Source: Tubulanus polymorphus
Taxonomy: Eukaryota; Animalia; Nemertea
NCBI RefSeq assembly: GCF_964204645.1
Contig: NC_134026.1
Location: 4,673,950 to 4,737,949, forward strand
Length of the DNA stretch: 64,000 nucleotides
Direction: 5' to 3'
In this document: positions 29,401 through 39,400 of the stretch, one piece after another
How positions within the stretch are numbered: position 1 is the stretch's first letter
How the letters are laid out: each line of letters starts with the position of its first letter
The notes under the pieces: generated by a model
The model's database searches: none
What the model saw: only the letters and a program-made list of their open reading frames with translations
What the model was told of the DNA's origin: nothing
Made by a program: the position numbers and the translations under genes

Positions 29401-29607
29401 CGTGCTTGGGTAAATATTCCAGATGACATCTTGAAAATGGAACGAAATCCTGACGAAACGGGTATGTGCTACGGCTGGACCAGAAAGGGAAACTTCTACC
29501 CGAAAGAAGGAGGTTATTTCCCGGCTGATCTTTTAGAGCCTTGTCCATGTCCTCGTATAGAACAATCTATATGGAATCACTACATGGAAGGATTTCTTCA
29601 CGACTGA
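26479..29607 (+). CDS. Diverged PACSIN/syndapin-like F-BAR + SH3 protein, 12 exons, ~480 aa
   Basis: Exons 26479-26549, 26728-26840, 26941-27064, 27156-27255, 27344-27499, 27754-27872, 27974-28103, 28305-28411, 28634-28722, 28822-28959, 29214-29324, 29423-29607 splice in frame. FCH-like DLCDMYRFVYERGELELWYSRRM; YPELKLQLDMFMEEVILTGEHHREVAQSL; FERLEVRRI; YPQF; SH3-like AKCDYKAKNILEISFKKND...GYFPADLL; AATAAA at 29713. Start codon uncertain. Confidence 0.75.
26597..26711 (-). mobile_element. Single decayed arm of the hammerhead-bearing fold-back family seen at 43613-43849
   Basis: gaatcccacaataatgacgaaaaaattaagtccgagaatgtttccttgagctggtcgagtttattcgacgcttcgactat aligns with 43619-43702. Confidence 0.7.
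27609..27668. mobile_element. Tiny fold-back MITE remnant
   Basis: ATGGGCGTCCCC ... GGGGACGCCCAT 12-bp perfect inverted repeat in an intron. Confidence 0.5.
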
Positions 29608-29874
29608 TCAAATCACACACATATTTCTTTACATTTAATCATCGTGTATATCCTGCAGTTTTCATTACATGAATTTCCGTGGTAATGTCTACAATTTCTT
29701 TAGCTGAGCGACAATAAAGATATGTTTTTACATATTCATGTAAGGTTTTTGATTATCCAATTTTTGAGTTGCTTCTTCATTTTCACCAATGTTCCTAAAT
29801 TTCTTATCACACGAGCATTTTGATCGATATATGGAAAAATATCTGTATAAAAATATCTGTATAAACTAAGTTGT

Positions 29875-32800
29875 CTAATTAATTCTATGAAGTCTAACTT
29901 GCCATTCGTTATTTTCCGCATTGAAATATCGACATGCTAGGTAGTCGTCGGCGATACACATGTTGCACACTCGGCTACCAACCGATTTAGAGACGATCGT
30001 GGAACAACCTATAATTTGATTGGAGTACGTGGCGTTGATAATCACTCCTTCATTTCCACTTTCGGGATAAACCGCAAGCATCACATTCGCTTCGTTTCGT
30101 ACGCACGGAAAAACTAAAGCCGGTGAAATTGGTAATCCTGCCATTCTAACATCGATACTATGGATGTACCCAGCGTCACGATTTAGATACAACAGCTCTT
30201 TTCTTTGGTGACAATAAATGAACATTCTCCCTTCGTCACTTACGCTGAACCCGCCAGGCCATCTAAACTCACCATCTGGTAATTTCAGCTTCTTACTTTT
30301 ACCAGTATCAATCATGGACCCGTTGTACATATCCCTGGACTTCAGTGGCCATACGTTGATGTGTGTTAAAGTTTGTAAATAGATAGTATTTTTCTTCAGC
30401 ACCATCGCTACCGGCTGAGCACCATTTAATCGAAATGTTAAATCTTCCTCCAACTTTTTTTTCATCTGAACATACTCTACCAGTTTAAACCATTCTGCAT
30501 TTTCCTGTTCGACCGTATAGACTTTACCGTTGCTATCAGCTCCAATCCCATAAATCAGAACTGCATCTTGAAAATATTTGGTATGTTTCTTTATACCATC
30601 TTTTGTGTAACTGATACTATGGATCTTTTTATCGGTTCCCCACTCCGCACAGAAGATTTGTACATCTGCGCCGACAACTTCTGGTGGCACAATTGCGATC
30701 AGTGAAGCTATCATTCCAGGCAAAACAACAGTGTCCATGTCGGACAACGAAATTGGACCAAATCGAGTTTTCATTTGAGTATGTATATCCTTGATATCCT
30801 CTTCGATAATGCCGACTAATCCTATTGTGTCCCCGATGTTATATTCTTGTTCTTCAATTCTAGGAACTATCACGTCTTTGATTTTTTCTTCGAGCTTAAT
30901 TATTTGATCACGACAACTTTGTAACTGACTCACCCTGTCGTTGGTTCCTTTGATCCGAATCAGAATCTGATTGGTGCAACTATCAATCTTGTCGGAGATC
31001 ATTTTAATTCGAGCCATTGCTGTTTCGTTGTTTTGTTTAAGGGACAATTCGCAGCCGGATAATCGCATGTCAGATACGGTATTGCGTTCCTCGGAGTTTT
31101 TCTCAATTTCTGCAAGTGACGTTTTCAGAGTTGTGTGATCGGCCGTTATTGTCCTTATCTCATCTGTCAGCACGTCCATTTTGCCTTTTGACTCTATCAG
31201 CTGTTCACTGACTTTTTCAGATACGGCTTCTAAATCTCTGACTATTTTGTCCTTTCTAATTGTCAAATGGCCTAAGTCATTACCAACTTGCTGAATGTCA
31301 GCTGCGTTATTTTCTATCGACGAATTGATTTCCAATACACTTTTAGAAATTTGTTTTCCCTCGATCTCAATTTCAGAGACTTTGTTTTGCACGGCGTTTA
31401 CATTTTTCTCGACATCGGCTTTCAATTCTTTTAGTTTACTATCGAAGACTTTTGAAAGATTTGCGGTTATTTTTTTGAGTTGATCGAGTTGAGCAGTGTA
31501 TTCTTTTCTCAGATTGGCGACGGATGTTTCTAATTTCCCAGAATTCTGCACGATATGTTCTTTTTCACAAATAATAGAGGTGATTTTGTCTTCCAAACTC
31601 CTGATTCGGCTTTGGGCTTCATTGTCGATATCTTTCAAACGGTTTCCGAGTTTCAATAATTGCCCATTGCAACTCGTGTTGTACTTGTTTAATTGTTTGT
31701 TTAATTCTTCGATCTTCCGAAAACAAGTATCTTGGTTTTGCATAACAGTGTCAATTTTGTGCAACGTATTTGAATCATTCTTATAGTTCTGCCTTTCTAT
31801 ATCCGACATTTTTTCCAAAAAACCTTCTATCGTCAAATTTTGAATTTCTAACTTCTTTTCAAGTATGATGAATCTTTCGTCAGTCCTTTGTTTCTCTAAT
31901 ACGAAATCTTTATCTAATGTGAAAATATTTTTTTCTTGTTGGTCTGTCTGAATAATACAACCAATATTTTGCTCATTTTCTGGTTGTAAACTTATTTTGC
32001 TGTTGCTTTTCTCAGCACCGTGCTCCTGACTTCCATGTAAATTGCTCGGTGCAGTTTTACCATCAGTCGCATGGGGTTTGCCTGGTTGGTTTGCCCCAAT
32101 CTCACTTATATCTGCCAGTTCTTCTTCTGGTTGGTGTGTCGTCCTATCGACCATTCGGTCTTTCGTTGACTCAATGTCAATGTTGCTATTGCTTAGGTCT
32201 TCATGCAGTTGATGTGTCTGGATATCAGCACTATTTTCCTGGTTCTCTTGTAGATTCGTGGATGCTTCATTGTTGCTAAGACCTTTTTCTGTTTTATCTA
32301 TCGATAATGTACCTAAATCTTTCTGCTCTTCTGGTTTGTCTTTTGTTCTTTGTTCACTGATTTTGCTACCGTTTTCCTCACCAACTCCCAGCTGTTTATC
32401 ATGTTCCTGGGTAACTGCTGTTTGAATAATACAACCAATATTTTGCTCATTTTCTGGTTGTAAACTTATTTTGCTGTTGCTTTTCTCAGCACCGTGCTCC
32501 TGACTTCCATGTAAATTGCTCGGTGCAGTTTTACCATCAGTCGCATGGGGTTTGCCTGGTTGGTTTGCCCTAATCTCATCTATATCTGCCAGTTCTTCTT
32601 CTGGTTGGTGTGTCGTCCTATCAACCATTCGGTCTTTCGTTGACTCAATGTTAATGTTGCTATTGCTTTGGTCTTCATACAGTTGATGTGTCTGGATATC
32701 AGCACTATTTTCCTGGTTCTCTTGTAGATTCGTGGATGCTTCATTGTTGCTAAGACCTTTTTCTGTTTTGTCTATCGATAATGTACCTAAATCTTTCTGG

Positions 32801-35423
32801 TCTTCTGGTTTGTCTTTGGTTCTTTGTTCACTGATTTTGCTACCGTTTTCCTCACCAACTCCCAGCTGTTTATCATGTTCCTGGGTAACTGCTGTTTGAA
32901 TAATACAACCAATATTTTGCTCATTTTCTGGTTGTAAACTTATTTTGCTGTTGCTTTTCTCAGCACCGTGCTCCTGACTTCCATGTAAATTGCTCGGTGC
33001 AGTTTTACCATCAGTCGCATGGTTCTTGCCTGGTTGGTTTGCCCCAATCTCACTTATATCTGCCAGTTCTTCTTCTGGTTTGTGTGTCGTCCTATCAACC
33101 ATTCGGTCTATCGTTGACTCAATGTTAATGTTGCTATTGCTTTGGTCTTCAAGCAGTTGATGTGTCTGGATATCAGCACTATTTTCCTGGTTCTCTTGTA
33201 GATTCGTGGATGCTTCATTGTTGCTAAGACCTTTTTCTGGTTTGTCTATCGAATGTGTACCTAAATCTTTCTGTTCTTCTGGTCTGTCTTTTGTTCTTTG
33301 TCCACTGATTTTGTTACCGTTTTCCTTACCAACTCCCAGCTGTTTATCATGTTCCTGGGTAACTGCAGTCTCACGTGCATTTACCGCCATGTTGCTTCTT
33401 CCTGTTTGACTTATATCACTAACATCTTTCAGTTCTTTGTGGTCTCTTTCTGTGGTTTTTTTATTTGTCTCGATTTCCTTTTCATCTATCAGCTTTTTTG
33501 CTGCTTGTACAATACTGCTTTTTTGTCCAATCTCGCCGCTACGTTTCTGATTTCTATTTAATTGGGTGGCTGGGGTCTGATCACCAACTGTATCGGTTTT
33601 TTCGATGTGTTTGTCTTTTGTACCATGACCACCTCCTCTGTGGGCTTTCACTGATTGATACGTGTTCTTCTTGCTATCGACCACCACCGGGCCTTCGATC
33701 GTTTCGTTTAATTTGAAATACGTTTCGCCATGAAATGAGGCATGCAGCTGACCTAACATTGATTCCGTAGTGCGAAATATGATCTGTTCACGTACATAAG
33801 TCATTGCGGCGTCTTCATCATCACATTCAATATCATAAGTTACAACGTTGCATTTTCTTTTTACATATCTAAGTAGATTCTTTGATTCTTTCTTCCTCCA
33901 GTAGAGACTTATCTACAAAATTTTTAAAATTATTGATATCACTAATCTGGTTGTTCATCTTACAATATTCTATAATGGCTTATGAACTCATCAGTTCATG
34001 CAAAATTCCATCGGTTGCCAGAAAGCGTTTTGGGATAGATTGATTTAAATTCCGTGTGAATAGATTGCATCCACATTCAACGGATTTTTCCTAACTTAAT
34101 GCGCGTTCACACGACGAAATTTAGACCGGTTTTTAAATTTGGTCCGGTCAAATTTGGACCCGACCAAGCGGGCAAAAATACCGTCACACGGGTAAAAATA
34201 CCGTCCCAAATTAGACCAGTCTAGTTTAGACCGGTTTAATTTGGCAAAATTTTGGACCGGTCTAAATCCATGTGTGCGGACAGAAATTGGTATCAGATCC
34301 GGTCTAAATCGTAATTCTGAATCTCTGCGGTAGATGTCACGACCTCTGCGGTAGAGTGTGAGTCCAGTTTATTAAGTCTTAAATGCTATAATTACCGCCT
34401 ATGTAATTATTTTTAAGTACTGTTTTTCCTCCCTATACTATGGAAATGTTTGGAGCATATTCGTATTCGTATGTCGCAATCATCATCCGTTTTACTTCCG
34501 TGGTTTGAATCGTGTTAAAGCGACACTGAGTTTCAGCGTGATAGAATAAAATAGAATTCGCAAAAATGTCTAAACCTGACAGAGGATCGAATTGGTCAAA
34601 ATGAAGAATGTCTCGCTCTACTTGGAATCTGGAAGTAAGACTTCATCCAGGCCCAGTTAATTATTTAGCAGATGGCGACATCTTGTGGCCCCGATGACAA
34701 GCGATTTTATCAACGCGTTTCAAAATGCTGCGTGAACGCTCAGCGAAATTTGGTCTGGCCTTAATTGGGACAGGACCAGGTACGGACCCATTTAGACCGG
34801 TCTAACTAGTTGTCGTGGGAACGCGGCTTAAAGCTGCTTATTGTACACAGCGCGGTCGAGTGTATAGAACAGCGGCATTCGTTTTGAAATTAGAGTACTG
34901 CAAAAAAGAACCCTCTGATAACAACTCTAGAACTCGTTTCGATTACAAAATAACTGGGTTATCAATATTTTTAATGATAGACATAAGACATTATAGAATG
35001 AATACAACGTGAAAAGAATTGACCCCAATATTATGTAAGTTTTATTAGTAGGTGTAAATAAAGAGAGCGCATACCTGCTGCGTGGATGTACATATTGATT
35101 TAATTTTCTATTTCATTAATTTGATAATTTGAATCAGTTATTATGATAATCACCTCGTTGATTGGTTTCATGCTCAATTCTACTCCTCCGATGCGTCCGG
35201 GGATGCGTCTTTTGATCGATTCCTCCAATTCAGCGTTTCTGCATTCTTCAATCGCAATTGTTACATATCTCGTATTTTGGCGAGGTTCGTCGTGAAGTTG
35301 AATCAAAGGAAAATAGCAGAATCGCTGTTTATCGGTTTCTACCTCTGGCCACACTTTGATCAATTGATTGTTATAGTTGAATTCGAAGCTGTTTACAGCC
35401 ATATTTGCTGGAGCAGTTGCCAT
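29875..35423 (-). CDS. Uncharacterised ~1435-aa protein: N-terminal globular domain, 3x158-aa repeats, long coiled coil, C-terminal NHL/beta-propeller-like domain
   Basis: Exon 2 33912-29875 (acceptor ttttgtag|ATA) is open for 4038 nt. Exon 1 runs from ATG 35423 to donor GAG|GTGATT at 35154 (phase 0). The C-terminus has NHL-like blades (YGIGADSNGKVYTVE; WPGGFSVSDEGRMFIYC). Confidence 0.75.
31947..33369 (-). repeat. In-frame coding tandem repeat, 3 x 474 bp (158 aa)
   Basis: atgttcctgggtaactgc recurs at 32401, 32875 and 33349; protein unit TAVTQEHDKQLGVG...IGCIIQ; copies nearly identical. Confidence 0.97.
34100..34827 (+). mobile_element. Non-autonomous PIF/Harbinger-like DNA transposon with Myb/SANT ORF remnant
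   Basis: TIRs tgCGCGTTCaCACGAC...TTAGACCGGT and ACCGGTCTAA...GTCGTGgGAACGCGgc, flanked by TTAA; subterminal TAGACCGGT repeats; 34566-34660 reads MSKPDRGSNWS/EECLALLGIWK*DFIQAQL. Confidence 0.8.
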
Positions 35424-36466
35424 GTTCAATCTCGTTGTGTAGTAGAGACTCGATATCGGCTTTCCATGTATGGGAATCCCCAACTAATTTCGTTTCGCCG
35501 TAAGGAACGAGTTTAGGCCGGCGTCCAAATAAAAATGGTCGTAAAAATTATTTCTGAACTCATACGCCGAGTGTTTTCGTGCAGACACGGCAGGGGCGTC
35601 ACATTTTCACTGCCTCGCCAAAGAAAAAGAGCACTTTGAAAAAAGCCACGTGCAAATTAATTTTCAACAATTTTTGTTGGACTACAGCCTAATGCCATTT
35701 TCATTTTACTAGTCTCCTCTAGCATTCTTCAACACATCCGAGCCAGGATTTTTACAGCCACGAACTTCTCGCCAGGAAATGGCACATTCCTGCTAAAAAA
35801 CTAAGCTAAAAACCTTTTTGGAATTGACATTCGTCAAATCTCGATGCCTTTAATTTGCAACATTTCATATAGTCACTTGATACCCTTTTTTCACCTCCAG
35901 AGGCCTGGCCCTTTCCAGAATAATCGATCGAACATTCAAGATTCAGAAAAGATCCTTGGAATGATTTCATTGATTTCGCATTTTTCTGCCTTTCTAAGAA
36001 GAGAATTTCAGATTATTTGAGTGCCCTACCGTGAGGCACCCAGAATCTGCGAATGCACGGTAAAGGCCCACAAGTTGGCCGGGAAAATGACACCAAACCC
36101 CGCCAGCCACTATAACCACGATCGCCGCAGTATTCTCGGAGCCACCCACTTTTAGAGCGAACTAGCCTCCGGCGTATTAATACATCCGATAATTATCCAT
36201 CTTAAAATCATTATCATGAACATCAATATACAATTACTTTTGCGATCAATATCGTTGAGTATTTGCCTATAGAAGTATTTCATAATCCCCTAAAAATTAG
36301 AACCTTTTTTCACTCGTAAGTGTACATCGCATCGTTCATTTCCGGGTTGTTGTTAGGCTCTTGACATGTCGTCAACGATGTCAAAATCAAAATCTGTCGG
36401 ATTTTTCACGATTTCCCCGATATTTCATTAGAAAATCGTTGCCGTGGTGCGATATTGAAAGATTAT

Positions 36467-39400
36467 ATGGCGTCGTATAACATGTTGCCGACGGATGACA
36501 AACAATATTCATCGGACGATGATAGCGATTGCTCGGGCAGTAGTATCGACGAAGGCGGCGATTTAGGACTCGGACTCGGATTAAAGCCCGGTGCTATCTC
36601 CAAAAACCCGGTTTTCGTGGAAAATGTTCATGTCACTAATAACGGCGCAATGGAAACGACGCACTTCGTCGACCGTCGGGAATCGGTATCGTCCGATCCT
36701 AGCGACAGTAATCGCGGTCGTCAACCCGGAAACTCGAGTCCGACCACCACCGCGCCTCGCCGTTCGAATAGCTTCGACAAATTAAAATGGAACGGCGGGA
36801 ACACGACAACCGATCCGACGACGAATAAAAAACGTTTTTTGTTCGGCGGCAGGTTTACGACTTCTGGCGTGGTGAAATCCACGTCGTCGGAAACCGGTGA
36901 GAAAACGTATCCGAACTTCGTATCTTCGAAACGCAATTTAAGCGTCAGTAACGACTGTTCTCGTTGCGGGGGTGACGTGATCGCTCCGATCGGGACTTCC
37001 ATTCGACAACAGAAGCTTTTATTCGAACAGGATAAAGAGGACCTTTTACAGAAAGGGGCTGTCGATGTAGAGCTTCCTAAGTATGGTAAGATTCATTGGG
37101 TAGTAAATGAAAGTAACTGACCATATTTAGAATAAATAACAAGACGAGTTGCCTAAAAGGTTAACTATTTATTTGATGCATGAGCTTTCGCCACTAATGT
37201 ATAGAAGCTTCATCAGGTGAATATTCACCTGATGAAGCTTCGAATGAGCATCTTCAGTAGTGATATAGTACTACTCATCTCTTTATTTATTCTAAATATG
37301 GTAAGTTACTTTCATTCATTTAACCACCAACTACATAGGCCCTTTGGGATCGTTCTGCATTAGCCTAAAGATATAATAAATAAATATCTTAAAATGATAA
37401 TAAATAATTATTATTTTCTATATGCAGACTTTCCAGGTGTCAGTATACCGTGTTGGACTCAGTCGCATCAAGAAGATCTCGAGGATAAACTGGCTCGCGC
37501 TGAACAGGTAATGAATCCTGAGAGATACCCTCATCCTCCGTGTTCTTCTTCATCGTTCAGCATTCAGTGTTAATTCTTGTTTAAACAGGAGGTCGAAATT
37601 CTTCGCGCGGAGTTGGACAGATGTCAAAAGCAGCTGGATGCAAAATACAGAGCGATACAGATCTTACAAAAACAGGTATTTATCAAATCATGGTAGGTCT
37701 TTCGCGTGTCAGGTACCGGGTAGGTCTATGATTCAATTTTGCCTTATTTCTAACCTCATCTCTTCGAGTAATCTCACATTTTTAAGAACGGAAAGGCATA
37801 GGTCTATAGGATAATGTTCATTGCTGAGCTCACTGCCAGTTGCACTTCAAAGAACAGAATCGGGATATTATGTAGGGCCTACATGAATTTGCCATTCTTT
37901 GGAATATTACACAACCAAAACAGTTGGCAACTAATTAGTCATACTCAATAAGTTGATTTACATACAGCAGATGGTAGGCCTAAACCATGTGAGAACTCGG
38001 GACAATTGTATGTATTTCAAATTTTATCCGTATTGTCAGACTATAAACAATCTGATACGTACTCAAGATTTATCGATTAAAAAATTCATTTATCATCCTC
38101 ATTTCAAAATGACACTATTTCGAATACATTAAATACATAAATTTTATGTGCTTTAATGTATATGTGTCCACTGTAGTTACAGTTAACCTGCCAGTAGATT
38201 TGAAAATTAAGCTGGGTTGAAATAGTTTTTCAACAAAATTTCCACGCGTTTGTTGCTACACATAGCCTTGATTATTTATTGGTGAACTGAATCAAATTCA
38301 CTCAACTGCGTTATATAAGAGCCATTTTCATTATGTCTTACTGTATTGCAATCAAAGGGTTTAAAGTGTTATTAAGAGCCGAGCGAAAATGCACTAAAAC
38401 AGCAGAACTTAGGATTATACATTTTATCCAATAGACCCCAGTTTGTGAATTCATATTCGAGTATTTATAATGAGATATATTTTATGCATTGGAAACGAAT
38501 GCCGGTAATACTTTATTGCAATATACATCTGGATAGAGCGACTTTCACCGCATATATATAATAATGAGATATATATATATATATATATGATAATATACAT
38601 GAGGCCTACGTGTCGAATCGCTAAATTCAACCATGGATCAATTGACAGACTTAGAACAGTTCGATAAAATACAAAATTACCTCGCAAAACTCATGGTAGG
38701 CGTCATCCATTTGTTATTTCTAAGACATTGTAGGGAAGCATCTTAGATTTGAATCGTTTTCTGACTGAAAATTCCATTGTATTTGATGAATATGTCACAG
38801 TTAAAATGTTTCTTTTTCTATGGAAAATCTATGATGAATTTCAATTGGTTTTGTTTTTTTGTTTTTTTTAGTCACAAGTAGCGCAGGGTGAACATGACAT
38901 GAGCAGTCTTAAAATCCGTGAACTTACTCGCGGCATGCAGCAGGTGAATATCTTCTACATATGCTTACAAAAAACTAAGAGGACTGATTTTCTTGAACGA
39001 GCTAGACACTCAATAATCTATTAATTCTTGCAATAACAGAGTTGATGAACTGTTAATAGTATCTTCTTTATTCTTAACCTAACTTTTTATGTATGATTCA
39101 TATTGTTTTTTTCTATCCTTTTGTCAATATTAATTCATCGTATTGGAGCTGTCTTTAAACATTGTTGCAGTTCATTTCTCATGATTGCCACATGCATGTC
39201 TTTTTTTTCATCCCTGCCAACTACTCTATGTGTTTAGCGTTAGTGATTATGGCCTCTGCTTATCAACCTGAAACAATGACCATGACGATATATAATCAAT
39301 GGATGCGAATTAGACTCTTGATACTTTTTCGTACCCCTACGGATTAAAGAAATTGAATGCTTCATTCTCCTATTCTTCAAAACTAATCGATGAGCCTAAT

